From Eledone cirrhosa (Eukaryota): a stretch of 64,000 nt of DNA. The notes beneath the pieces are model-generated. The model saw only the letters and a program-made list of their open reading frames with translations. It did no database searches and was not told the DNA's origin. Positions 1-14,830 of this stretch are shown in pieces (the stretch's first letter is position 1; every line of letters starts with the position of its first letter). The position numbers were made by a program, and so were the translations under genes. Location: contig OZ024741.1 of NCBI GenBank assembly GCA_964016885.1, forward strand, positions 370,636,001-370,700,000, in the 5' to 3' direction.

Positions 1-111
1 ATATATATGAATATATATTCTATATTTATATATATATATTAAAGAGTTAAACAAGATTCAATGAGTACATCAAAGAATGTGCTTTACAGTAGATTGGAAT
101 TAATACTAATA

Positions 112-222
<111 letters not shown>

Positions 223-544
223 GATATACATCATAGTAAATACATGCACCTATGTTGTAGTTATTGCCCTCTTGTCTTGTGCCAGACATGCAGCATAGGC
301 AACATTGACTTCATCCATCGCTTAATTCTGCACCTGCGCACAACTGAGACGTCATAACAAAACTAAAACAATAAAAAGAAAATGAAAAAGGAATAACGAC
401 GACGAAAACAACAACAACAGAAACAACGTTAATCAGACCACCGCAACAACAACTAGACAACTTTTTGTTCGTTATTACCTATTGGGTAATCACGTTGCCA
501 GATCTCGCCACTTGGCATCAATGACAAATCGTTGCTTTACGATC

Positions 545-554
545 GAACACACAC

Positions 555-602
<48 letters not shown>

Positions 603-1010
603 GCACACACACACACACACACACACACGCGCGCACACACGCACACACACACACACATACGCGCACACACAAACGCACACACATACACACATAAACACAC
701 ACACACACATACATAGACACATAAACACCTACACAAACACACGCACATACACAAAAGCACATACATACAAACATAAACACAACCACACACACATATACAG
801 ACACACAGAGACGCACACACGCATACACACATAAACACACACACACATACAGACGCATAAACACATACATAAACATACACACACAAGCGCACACACATAC
901 ACACATACACACACATACACACAACGTACACACACACACACATAAAAACGCACACATACATATACACAAACTCGCACACACAGTACACAACACACAAACA
1001 CACACACACA

Positions 1011-1042
<32 letters not shown>

Positions 1043-1304
1043 GACACACACACACAATCACTCACACGCACACACAAATGCACACACACATACATGCGCA
1101 TACACACTACAAAACAAACTAGTTAGTGTAATGTTTGTATATGTATGCCTGTGTGTATGTGAGTATATATGTGTGTGTGTGTGTGTGAGAGAGTATATGT
1201 GTATCTGTGTGAGTGTGTGTGTGTGTGTATATGTGTATGTTTGTGTAATGTGTTTATATATATATATATTTGTATGTGAGTGTAAATGTGCGTTTGTGTA
1301 GTGT

Positions 1305-1360
<56 letters not shown>

Positions 1361-1391
1361 ATGTGAGTGTGTAGGTATGTTTGCGTAGTGT

Positions 1392-1428
<37 letters not shown>

Positions 1429-1455
1429 TGTGTGTGAGTGTGTGTGTGTGTGTGT

Positions 1456-1487
<32 letters not shown>

Positions 1488-1549
1488 TTATATATATATG
1501 TGTGTGTGTGAGTGTGTAGGAATGTTTGTGTAGTGTGTTTATATATATT

Positions 1550-1595
<46 letters not shown>

Positions 1596-1685
1596 AGTGT
1601 GTAGGTATGTTTGTGTAGTGTGTTTATATATATATATATATGTGCGTGTGTGTATGAGTGCGTAGGTATGTTTGTGTAGTGTGTT

Positions 1686-1720
<35 letters not shown>

Positions 1721-1787
1721 ATGTTTGTGTAGTGTGTTTATATATATATATATGTGTGTGTGTGTAGGTATGTTTGTGTAGTGTGTT

Positions 1788-1829
<42 letters not shown>

Positions 1830-2039
1830 AGTGTGTAGGTATGTTTGTGTAGTGTGTTTATATATATATATGTGTGTGTGTGTGAGTGTATAGGTATGTT
1901 TGTGTAGTGTGTTTATATATATATATATGTTTGTGTAGTGTGTTTATATATATATGTGTGTGTGTATGAGTGTAGGTATGTTTGTGTAGTGTGTTTATAT
2001 ATATATATATATGTGTATGTGTGAGTGTGTAGGTATGTT

Positions 2040-2077
<38 letters not shown>

Positions 2078-2100
2078 CGTGTGTGTGTGTGTGTGTGTAG
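545..2100. repeat. Compound (CA)n/(TG)n/(TA)n microsatellite region
   Basis: Directly visible dinucleotide repeats; overlapping ORFs are HT/VC/IY artefacts. Confidence 0.95.
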
Positions 2101-2171
2101 TGTGGCTGCGACTGAAAACTGTCGCAATGAAAGAAAATATACTTTTAGAAAATATTGGTGACGGCGAATGG

Positions 2172-2186
2172 CTACTACTACTACTT

Positions 2187-2222
<36 letters not shown>

Positions 2223-2490
2223 TTAATACTACTAACACTACCACCACCACCACTACTACTACTGCTATTACTACCATTGCAACCACTACTACTACTACTA
2301 ACACCACTACTAATACTAATACTTCTAACACCACTAATATCCCAACGCCACCGCCACTTCTACTACTACTACTACTAGTAGTACTACATCTAACATTACC
2401 ACTACAACAACTACTATTACTGACACTAACACCACCCCAACACCACTAATACTAGTATATCTAACATCACTAATATCCAAACTTCACCGA

Positions 2491-2573
<83 letters not shown>

Positions 2574-3739
2574 CTACTACTACTACAAATACTACTACTA
2601 TTGCCACTAATACTACTACTACTACTATTATTGCCACTACTACTACTATTGCTACTACTATTACTATTGCTACTACTACTACTACTACTACTACTATTGC
2701 TACCACTACTACAACTACTAATACTACTATTGCTACTACTACTACTACTACTATTGCCACTAATACTACTACTACTACTGCTACTACTACTACTGCTACT
2801 ACTATTATTGCTACTACTACTACTATTGCTACTACTACTATTGCTACTACTACTACAACTACTACTACTACTATTGCTACTACTACTACAACTACTACTA
2901 CTACTACTATTGCTACTACTACTACTATTGCTACTACTACTACTATTTCTACTACTACTACTACTACTACTATTGCTACCACTACTACAACTACTACTAC
3001 TACTATTGCTACTGCTACTACTACTATTGCTACTACTACTACTATTGCTACTACTACTATAGCTACTACTACTACAACTACTACTACTACTATTGCTACT
3101 ACTACTACAACTACTACTACTACTATTGCTACTACTACTACAACTACTACTACTACTATTGCTACTACTACTACTATTGCTACTACTACTACTATTTCTA
3201 CTACTACTACTATTGCTACTACTACTACAACTACTACTACTACTATTGCTACTACTACTATTGCTACTACTACTACTATTGCTACTACTACTACTATTGC
3301 TACTACTACTACAACTACTACTACTACTATTGCTACTACTACTATTGCTACTACTACTACTATTGCTACTACTACTACTATTGCTACTAATACTACTATT
3401 GCTACTACTACTACTACTATTGCTACTACTACTACAACTACTACTACTACTACTACTATTGCTACTACTACTACAACTACTACTATTACTATTGCTACTA
3501 CTACTATTGCTACTACTACTACAACTACTACTACTACTATTGCTACTACTACTACTACAACTACTACTACTATTATTGCTACTACTACTACTATTGCTAC
3601 TACTACTACTATTTCTACTACTACTACTACTACAACTACTACTAGTACTATTGCTACTACTACTATTGCTACTACTACTATTGCTACTACTACTACAACT
3701 ACTACTACTACTATTGCTACTACTACTACTACTATTGCC

Positions 3740-3771
<32 letters not shown>

Positions 3772-4127
3772 TATTGCTACTACTACTACAACTACTACTA
3801 CTACTATTGCTACTGCTACTACTACTATTGCTACTACTACTACTATTGCTACTAATACTACTATTGCTACTTCTACTACTACTATTGCAAACTACTACTA
3901 CAACTACTACTACTACTATTGCTACTACTACTACAACTAGTACTATTACTATTGCTACTACTACTATTGCTACTACTACTACAACTACAACTACTACTAC
4001 TATTATTGCTACAACTACTACTATTGCTACTACTACTACTATTTCTACTACTACTACTACTACAACTACTACTAGTACTATTACTACTACTACTATTGCT
4101 ACTACTACTATTGCTACTACTACTACA

Positions 4128-4176
<49 letters not shown>

Positions 4177-4190
4177 TTGCTACTACTACA

Positions 4191-4236
<46 letters not shown>

Positions 4237-4323
4237 ATGCAGAAGCAACGATACCTTCAGCGAGTCTTTCACCATTACTAACTCCATCACTACCATCACC
4301 TACAACACCTTCACCATCATCAC

Positions 4324-4367
<44 letters not shown>

Positions 4368-4450
4368 CCATCATCACCATCATCATCACCATCATCATCA
4401 TCATCATCATCATCACCCACCATCATCATCATCATCATCATCATCACCAC

Positions 4451-4480
<30 letters not shown>
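2172..4480. repeat. (TAC)n/(TACTATTGC) trinucleotide satellite followed by (CAT)n
   Basis: Directly visible trinucleotide periodicity. Confidence 0.95.
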
Positions 4481-4483
<3 letters not shown>

Positions 4484-4583
4484 CCTCGTCCTCGTTGTCT
4501 TTAACAATGGCGACTAGATGAAATCTAATTCTAGTTATCGCCATAGTTATTTATCTTACATCATTGTTTTCATTCGAGTTATC

Positions 4584-4725
<142 letters not shown>

Positions 4726-4730
4726 TCATA

Positions 4731-4877
<147 letters not shown>

Positions 4878-4886
4878 TATATATAT

Positions 4887-5046
<160 letters not shown>

Positions 5047-5196
5047 GAGTATATATATATATATGCATATACATATATATAAAGTACACACATAGACACA
5101 TACACACACACCAACACTCACACACACACAGACACACATATATATATATATTCATACTCGCTCTATCTCTCTCTCTCTCTCTCTATCTATCTCTCC

Positions 5197-5249
<53 letters not shown>

Positions 5250-6019
5250 TATATATATAATATATGTACATATATCCAGCCATCCATCCATACATATATC
5301 CATACACACATACATATCAACATAAATACATACATACATACACACATACACACATACATATATATATCCATACATAAATACATACATACACACATACATA
5401 TCAACATAAATACATACATACATACACACATACATTTATACATACATACATACATACATACATACATACATACATACATACATACATACACGCATATAAA
5501 CATACACACATATACATATAAACATACATACATACACACATATAAGCATACATACGTTTGTGATTATCATACAGTTTATCACTACAGTTATCAAATTGTC
5601 GACAAATTGCCTAATTATTTAGTAACATCAATATATCACAGCTCAATGTAATATAACCAATTACCTAGGAATCTATTGTTGCAGCTGTATATTTCCTCTT
5701 GTTTCTCTTCAACTTATGACTTTCATTGCTTCATTTCATTCTCCATTTTCTTTCCTCGTTTTCTTATCGTTTCTTCTCTCCTTTCATATTTCTTTCTTTA
5801 AATCTTTGTCTCATTGCTTTCTTTTCGATTTTCTTATCCGCCATTCTTATATTTTCCTTTCGTTCTTTCTTCCTTTCTTTTCTTTCTTTCTTTCTTTTCT
5901 TTCTTTTTACCATTTTCCTTCGTCATTTATTATTGATACGTGGATGTACTTGTTGTTGTTGCTGTTGTTGTTGTTGTTGTTGTTGTTGTTGTGGTCTAAA
6001 TATTGTTGTTGTTGTTGTT

Positions 6020-9000
6020 GTAGTAGTAGTCTAATTGTTGTTGTTGTAGTCTAACTGCTGTTGTAGTAGTCTAACTGTTGTTGTAGTCTTACTGTTGTTG
6101 TAGTAGTCTAACTGTTGTTGTTGTAGTCTAACTGTTGTTGTTGTAGTAGTCTAACTGTTGTTGTTCTAGTAGTCTAACTGTTGTCGTAGTAGTCTAACTG
6201 TTGTTGTTGTTGTTGTAGTCTAACTGCTGTTGTAGTAGTCTAACTGTTGTTGTAGTCTCACTGTTGTTGTTGTAGTCTAATTGTTGTTGTTGTAGTCTAA
6301 CTGTTGTTGTAGTAGTCTAACTGTTGCTGTAGTAGTCTAACTGTTGTTGTTGTAGTCTAACTGTTGTTGTAGTAGTCTAACTTTGTTGTTGTAGTAGTCT
6401 AACAGTTGTTGTAGTAGTCTAACTGTTGTTGTTGCAGTCTAACTGTTGTTATTGTAGTCTAACTGTTGTTGTTGTTGTAGTCTAACTGTTGCTGTTGTAG
6501 TAGTGTAACTGTTGTTGTAGTAGTCTAACTGTTGTTGTTGTAGTTTAACTGTTGTTGTTGTAGTCTAACTGTTGTTGTTGTAGTCTAACTGTTGCTGTTG
6601 TGGTAGTCTAACTGTTGTTGTAGTTGTAGTCTAACTGTTGTTGTAGTAGTCTAACTGTTGTTGTTGTAGTTTAACTGTTGTTGTTGTAGTCTAACTGTTG
6701 TTGTTGTAGTCTAACTGTTGCTGTTGTAGTCTAACTGTTGTTGTTGTAGTCTAACTGTTGCTGTTGTAGTAGTCTAACTGTTGTTGTAGTAGTCTAACTG
6801 TTGTTGTTGTAGTCTAACTGTTGTTGTTGTAGTCTAACTGTTGCTGTTGTGGTAGTCTAACTGTTGTTGTAGTAGTAGTCTAACTGTTGTTGTAGTAGTA
6901 GTCTAACTGTTGTTGTAGTAGTAGTCTAACTGTTGTTGTAGTAGTTTAACTGTTGTTGTTGTAGTTTAACTGTTGTTGTAGTAGTCTAACTGTTGTTGTT
7001 GTAGTTTAACTGTTGTTGTTGTAGTCTAACTGTTGTTGTTGTAGTAGTCTAACTGTTGTTGTTGTTGTAGTCTAACTGTTGTTGTTGTAGTCTAACTGTT
7101 GTTGTTGTAGTTTAACTGTTGTTGTTGTAGTAGTCTAACTGTTGTTGTAGTAGTCTAACTGTTGTTGTAGTTTAACTGTTGTTGTTGTAGTCTAACTGTT
7201 GTTGTTGTAGTCTAACTGTTGTTGTTGTAGTAGTCTAACTGTTGTTGTAGTAGTCTAACTGTTGTTGTTGTTGTAGTCTAATTGTTGTTGTTGTAGTCTA
7301 ACTGCTGTTGTAGTAGTCTAACTGTTGTTGTAGTCTTACTGTTGTTGTAGTAGTCTAACTGTTGTTGTTGTAGTCTAACTGTTGTTGTTGTAGTAGTCTA
7401 ACTGTTGTTGTTCTAGTAGTCTAACTGTTGTCGTAGTAGTCTAACTGTTGTTGTTGTTGTTGTAGTCTAACTGCTGTTGTAGTAGTCTAACTGTTGTTGT
7501 AGTCTCACTGTTGTTGTTGTAGTCTAATTGTTGTTGTTGTAGTCTAACTGTTGTTGTAGTAGTCTAACTGTTGCTGTAGTAGTCTAACTGTTGTTGTTGT
7601 AGTCTAACTGTTGTTGTAGTAGTCTAACTTTGTTGTTGTAGTAGTCTAACAGTTGTTGTAGTAGTCTAACTGTTGTTGTTGCAGTCTAACTGTTGTTGTT
7701 GTAGTCTAACTGTTGTTGTTGTTGTAGTCTAACTGTTGCTGTTGTAGTAGTGTAACTGTTGTTGTAGTAGTCTAACTGTTGTTGTTGTAGTTTAACTGTT
7801 GTTGTTGTAGTCTAACTGTTGTTGTTGTAGTCTAACTGTTGCTGTTGTGGTAGTCTAACTGTTGTTGTAGTTGTAGTCTAACTGTTGTTGTAGTAGTCTA
7901 ACTGTTGTTGTTGTAGTTTAACTGTTGTTGTTGTAGTCTAACTGTTGTTGTTGTAGTCTAACTGTTGCTGTTGTAGTCTAACTGTTGTTGTTGTAGTCTA
8001 ACTGTTGTTGTAGTAGTAGTCTAACTGTTGTTGTAGTAGTAGTCTAACTGTTGTTGTAGTAGTAGTCTAACTGTTGTTGTAGTAGTCTAACTGTTGTTGT
8101 AGTAGTCTAACTGTTGTTGTTGTAGTCTAACTGTTGTTGTTGTAGTCTAACTGTTGCTGTTGTGGTAGTCTAACTGTTGTTGTAGTAGTAGTCTAACTGT
8201 TGTTGTAGTAGTAGTCTAACTGTTGTTGTAGTAGTTTAACTGTTGTTGTTGTAGTTTAACTGTTGTTGTAGTAGTCTAACTGTTGTTGTTGTAGTTTAAC
8301 TGTTGTTGTTGTAGTCTAACTGTTGTTGTTGTAGTAGTCTAACTGTTGTTGTTGTTGTAGTCTAACTGTTGTTGTTGTAGTCTAACTGTTGTTGTTGTAG
8401 TTTAACTGTTGTTGTTGTAGTAGTCTAACTGTTGTTGTAGTAGTCTAACTGTTGTTGTTGTAGTTTAACTGTTGTTGTTGTAGTCTAACTGTTGTTGTTG
8501 TAGTTTAACTGTTGTTGTTGTAATCTAACTGTTGTTGTTGTAGTAGTCTAACTGTTGTTGTAGTAGTCTAACTGTTGTTGTTGTTGTAGTCTAACTGTTG
8601 TTGTTGTAGTCTAACTGTTGTTGTAGTAGTCTAACTGTTGTTGTAGTAGTCTAACTGTTGTTGTTGTATAGTCTAACTGTTGTTGTTGTTGTAGTCTAAC
8701 TGTTGTTGTTGTAGTCTAATTGTTGTTGTTGTAGTCTAACTGTTGTTGTTGTATAGTCTAACTGTTGTTGTTGTAGTCTAACTGTTGTTGTTTTAGTCTA
8801 ACTGTTGTTGTAGTAGTCTAATTGTTGTTGTAGTCTAACTGTTATTGTTGTAGTCTAACAGTTGTTGTTGTAGTCTAACTGTTGTTGTTGTAGTAGTCTA
8901 ACTGTTGTTGTAGTAGTCTAACTGTTGTTGTTGTAGTCTAACAGTTGTTGTTGTAGTCTAACTGTTGCTGTTGTTGTAGTCTAACTGTTGTTGTCGTAGT

Positions 9001-9660
9001 CTAACTGTTGTTGTTGTAGTTTAACTGTTGTTCTTGTAGTCTAACAGTTGTTGTTGTAGTAGTCTAACTGTTGTTGTTGTAGTCTAACTGTTGTTGTTGT
9101 TGTAGTCTAACTGTTGTTGTTGTAGTCTAACTGTTGTCGTTGTAGTTTAACTGTTGTTGTTGTATTCTAACTGTTGTTGTTGTTGTTGTAGTCTAACTGT
9201 TGTTGTAGTTGTAGTCTAACTGTTGTTCTTGTTGTAGTCTTTACTGTTCTTGTTGTAGTTTAACTGTTGTTGTTGTTGTAGTCTAATGGTTGTTGTTGTA
9301 ATCTAACTGATGTTGTTGTTGTAGTCTAACTGTTGTTGTTGTAGTCAAGCTGTTGCTGTTGTAGTAGTCTGACTGTTGTTATTGTTGTTGTAGTCTAACT
9401 ATTGTTGTTGTTGTAGTCTAACTGATGTTGTTGTAGTAGTCTAACTGTTGTTGTTGTAGTCTAACTGCTGTTGTTGTTGTTGTTGTTGTTGTAGTCTAAC
9501 TGTTGTTGTTGTTGTTGTTGTTGTAGTCTAACTGTTGTTGTTGTTGTCTAACTGTTGTTGTTGTTGTCTAACTGTTGTTGTTGTAGTAGTCTAACTATTG
9601 TTCTTGTAGTCTAACTGTTATTGTTTTAATAGTCTAAATGCTGTTGTTGTTGTTTTAGTT
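6020..9660. repeat. Minisatellite of ~20-26 bp units (GTT)n-GTAGTCTAACT with an internal ~1.25 kb higher-order duplication
   Basis: The variant unit tagtcttact occurs at 6084 and 7331 (offset 1247), followed by the same succession of variants. Confidence 0.9.
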
Positions 9661-9917
9661 GTTGCATCTAATAACTGCATACAATATATGCACATGCACT
9701 CATATAACTCAAAACATCCACATCCACACATACAATAACATCGATACCTGCACAAGCATGCATACAGACATGCATACATAATCTACCCAGTTGATGTTGT
9801 GTAAATTCCAATGAGAGTCTTGTGTCTATGTTAGAAACCGACTCTCTCTCTATTGGCAAACATTTATGAAATTATAAAACCAGAAAAACATACATACATA
9901 CATACATACATACATAC

Positions 9918-10255
9918 ATGGTGGCTGCCAACTCGTTTTCGAGTACGGCCACTACTTTATATCCATGTAGGAGAACCCCTGCCGATGCGCTAAACAAGTG
10001 TGACTTTTTAGTCCAGCCAGTGACTTCAAAACTCTGGTACAAACACTACACCTGTGACATACATACATACATACATACATACATACATACATACATACAT
10101 ACATACATACATACATACGTACATACGTACATACATACATACATACATACATACATACATACATACATACATACATACATACATACGTACGTACATACAT
10201 ACATACATACATACATACATACATACATACATACATACATACATACATACATACA

Positions 10256-10286
<31 letters not shown>

Positions 10287-10515
10287 CACGATGGTCAATT
10301 CGACTCATAATTTTTGTACCATCTCCTCGGCGCCACTCTGTTACGGCGGACAAAGGAAAGATCGCCAGACAGCACAATCTTGAGCAGGTAATGATTCTCC
10401 ATCTGGGAAACAGACCCTGCCCAGCGGGACTACGTCTTTAACAGCATAACCTAAAAACTGGTGACATTTGCATTTTCCATGATTTTCATGCTAGGAACAA
10501 AGTCACTCCAGCGAC
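9918..10515 (-). pseudogene. RTE/BovB-like LINE 3' fragment (post-RT region, C2H2-like finger, 3' UTR, (TATG)n tail), interrupted by (TACA)n
   Basis: Minus-strand translation RWSDFVPSMKIMENANVTSF*VMLLKT*SRWAGSVSQMENHYLLKIVLSGDL...RNRVAPRRWYKN, then HRCSVCTRVLKSLAGLKSH. Confidence 0.75.
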
Positions 10516-10752
10516 TGGCCTCTGACCGTGTCACCTGCAGACAAATCAACAATTAGTCGAAAACAATCATAGGGCCAATGTGAATCATAATGCTGCAGGA
10601 TAGAATTTCTATTCCGGCTGCTGCAGCTGGGTCTGTTTGACCTGTATTGTTCCAAACTAGACATAAAATGTAATAAGTAAATCCTTAACAAAAATAATCA
10701 AACTGATGCACAGTCGTATTTTTAATATGAGACATACGCACACACACACACA

Positions 10753-10819
<67 letters not shown>

Positions 10820-10821
10820 GC

Positions 10822-10938
<117 letters not shown>

Positions 10939-11012
10939 TATATATATATATATATAGTAGTGAAAGAGTGAAGAATAACATGGTCGGCTGTACAAAAAGG
11001 GTTTTATTTACA

Positions 11013-11123
11013 GTATTAACAATTGTTTCATTGATCAGGTGAGTCTAAAGGCCGCTAATCACTCGAAGTTGAGTCACTCGACCTTAAATACAACGTGTGT
11101 CTCTGATAAAATCATCGGAATAC
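11013..11123 (-). ncRNA. Type I hammerhead ribozyme, mirror copy with core CCGATGA
   Basis: Minus strand reads GTATT-CCGATGA-TTTTATCAG...CTGATCAAT-GAAAC-AATT-GTT-AATAC. Confidence 0.7.
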
Positions 11124-11234
11124 AGTATTCCGTTGATTTGATCAAGACACACGTTGTATTTAAGGTCGAGTGACTCAACTTCGAGTGATTAGCGGACTTT
11201 AGACCTGATCAATGAAACAATTGTTAATACTGTA
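11121..11234 (+). ncRNA. Type I hammerhead ribozyme with long stem II (variant core)
   Basis: Stem I TACAGTATT/AATACTGTA; core CCGTTGA; stem II TTGATCA/TGATCAA; GAAAC-AATT-GTT with palindromic stem III. Confidence 0.65.
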
Positions 11235-11442
11235 AATAAAACCCATTTTGTACAGCCGACCATGTTATTCTTCACTCTTTCACTACTATTACTCCAAAAA
11301 TAACCTGTATGGGAATTCTCGCAAACTCGCTACATAACTAGGGAAGCGTCTTGTTGAGTCAAACAACGCCGTACGTTAAAACTATTCATAGTACAGAGTA
11401 CTCACAAACTCTAACTGGATTACCTAAAACGATAACTTGGTA

Positions 11443-11561
<119 letters not shown>

Positions 11562-11620
11562 TAGTACACTGGAAGGTAATATCCGTAGTGGTAGAGCAGT
11601 CAGTCCATGGGACGAGTTAG

Positions 11621-11797
11621 GTAGAAGTGGTTACACAACATTTAGTTCACCATACCGAGAACAATTGTTTCACCTTCGTGGATCCTCAGCATACGGTTGT
11701 CCTTCCTGTTCCGTATAACCATATCCATTACGAGGTGAGGATCCGGTAAGGTGAAACAATTGTTCTCGGTATGGTGAACTAAATGTTGTGTAACCAC

Positions 11798-11802
<5 letters not shown>
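11621..11802. mobile_element. Short palindromic PLE-tail element with minimal hammerhead motifs (11731-11768 +; 11656-11694 -), ending in (TA)n
   Basis: Inverted arms of ~65 bp; plus arm CGAG-GTGAGGA-TCCGGTAAGGT-GAAAC-AATT-GTT-CTCG; minus arm has core CTGAGGA. Confidence 0.7.
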
Positions 11803-11875
<73 letters not shown>

Positions 11876-13257
11876 CAGAATGAATGCAGTAGAAGCCAGT
11901 TAAACCATTACTCACCAGATTACTCGATACTTGAGGTATTGTTCATATATATATATATATATATGAACATGTGTGTGTGTTATATAAGTGTGTGTGTGTT
12001 ATGTAAGTGTGTATGTGTTATGTAAGTGTGTGTGTGTTATGTAAGTGTGTGTGCGCGCGCGCGTTATTTCGGTTTGTTTAATTTCCTTTTTTTTTTGTTC
12101 ATTCTAAACACATTTCAAGGCAGCCTGGCCTACACACACATACAAACACAAACACAGACAGAGACACAGACACACCTACAGATACACACACACATGCATG
12201 CATGCATATACACACACGGACACAGACAACACATGCACACATACACACACATACTCACGCACACACACTCATACAAACTCACACTCACACACACACTCAC
12301 ACACGCGTACAAACACACAAACACATACACATACACATACACACATGTAAATACACGAAAACACATTCATAAATCCTCACAAACACACACACACATATAC
12401 ACACACGGACAATCATGCACAAACACACACTCACAAACACATACACACACACGCACAAACACACATAGACAAACACGCACAAACATACAGCACACGCATA
12501 TATATACACACACGGTCAAACATACACAAACACACAAGACATACACACACTTACATGCACAAACACTCACACACTCACAGCACACACACACATATACTCA
12601 CAAACACTCACAAACACATAGCACACTCATATACACACACAAACACACATACACAAACACACAACACACACATACACACAAACACTTCACAAACAACACA
12701 CATACATAGACACACATGCATACACACATACACGTATGCACGCTTATACACAAACGCACAACACACATACACACACGCACAAACACCTCACAAACAACAC
12801 ACACACATAGACACACACACATACACACATACACACATACACACATACACATATACACACATACACACATACATGCATTCACGTGCATACTCAAACACAC
12901 ATACACACATACACACGCGCACAAACACCTCACAAACACACAACAGACACACGCACACACAACAGACACACACATAGAAACGTGCACGCGCATACACGCA
13001 CGCACACACATACACCCACGCGCATACACGCACACACACACACACACGCACGCACGGACACACATACACACACGCACACACGCACAAACAGAAATACGAA
13101 ACCTTACAAAAATGCTTAAAGAGAAATCCACAAGATATCTCGCGTGGAAACGATTGTCTCGTGGGACTGTCACTTATAGACATGAGATTATATGAGAAAG
13201 ACAGAGCTGTTTGGGTAGAGAGTACAGGGAGATATTTACATATAGTGTGCCTGCCTG

Positions 13258-13458
13258 CAGGCCCTTCGCCAAGGAAAGGGAATGGGTTGGCACTTCATCC
13301 ACCTCCCTATATATTTCAATAGTGTACCCTTAGATTTACAGTGATATGCTTATTCCGGAACTCCGCCCGAGAATTATTGTAAGGGAGTGCCCGCCCACCC
13401 AGAATGTTCTTAAGTTATCCTTTCTGCCACCGATCACCAAAAACTGGTGTCGGGCCTG
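13258..13458. mobile_element. Putative hAT-type MITE
   Basis: Ends CAGGCCC...GGGCCTG; flanking 8-mers CCTGCCTG/CCTAACTG (6/8 match, possible TSD). Confidence 0.45.
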
Positions 13459-13487
13459 CCTAACTGGTTACACAATTTCGTGTGATT

Positions 13488-13812
13488 CGTGTTGCTATTT
13501 CTAGCAAATCCCCTGACCATATGGAGTGTATGCTAGATTAGTCTATCTAGTGAGTTATTTGATACTACTTCTAGCAAATACCCCGTCCACATACAGTATG
13601 TCTACCTAGTTAGTCTATTTAGTGAGATGTGTTGCTATTTCTAGCAAATCCACTGACCATATAGAGTGTATGCTAGATTAGTCTATTTAGTGAGTTATGT
13701 GGCACTACTTCCAGCAAATACCCAGTCCACATACAGTATGTCTACCTAGTTAGTCTATTTAGTGAGATATGTTGCTATTTCTAGCAAATCCATCGACCAC
13801 ATACAGTATGCC
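13488..13812. repeat. ~70-bp tandem repeat (about 5 units, alternating A/B, 140-bp period)
   Basis: Repeated gttgctatttctagcaaatcc...gaccatat.gagt motif. Confidence 0.8.
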
Positions 13813-14056
13813 TGCCTGGTTAATCAAATAGCCAAGTCCTCTCCCTTTGTGTCTGTCTGTTTCTAATTAGTTTTTTCTCTCCCCCACCCCTCACATTTTC
13901 TTTTCTGTATTTATGGGTATATGTTTTATTTATTTATTTTTTTATCCTACATTCTAACCTCTCATTCCGCCAATATCTATATATCTGTCTATGTAATAAT
14001 ATATCTGTTTTCTATCTATCCTATTTTCTCTTCTCACACACATACACACACACACT

Positions 14057-14152
<96 letters not shown>

Positions 14153-14171
14153 TATATATATATATATATAC

Positions 14172-14355
<184 letters not shown>

Positions 14356-14401
14356 GTCTGCTGCACCGTTTCATCCTTTCATTACATATATGTGCATATA
14401 T

Positions 14402-14475
<74 letters not shown>

Positions 14476-14572
14476 TATCAATCTCTGTATATCTATGTAT
14501 ATATAAATATATATGTCTACACCCTCTGCACCCTTTCCCCCCTCAGTAATCTATCTGTTTAGCCATCTATAT

Positions 14573-14830
14573 TCGCTGACACGTCATCAGCTGTCATAAA
14601 TTGTTCTCCAGCTATCCAGCTTTATGGCGGGCGGGGCGGCCATAGTTTGATAGTTTGACGAAAGAGGTGCAGAAAGAACGACAGCAGAATTGCGGCGGCC
14701 ATTTTAACTTTCATTTTCGTCGTTGGCTGACAAATGGCACAACTGTAAGCAATGTTGAGAGGCGGGATAATTGAAAGATACCGATGTTCACAGGAAATAT
14801 TTTCAATTGATTCAATTATAAAGTAATTAC
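14573..14830. promoter_or_regulatory. Candidate cis-regulatory island (unique, motif-dense)
   Basis: CAGCTG E-box; CTGTCATAAA (Meis/Hox-like composite); TTTATGG; GGGCGGGGC GC box; GGCCATTTT YY1-like; non-repetitive sequence among microsatellites. Confidence 0.35.

Noticed and set aside
236-357. Possible coding exon near the window start
   Set aside because: Minus-strand frames are interrupted by stops, and neither strand gives a recognisable peptide
14560-14600. Minus-strand CTGATGA as a hammerhead core
   Set aside because: No GAAA and no stems I/III in register
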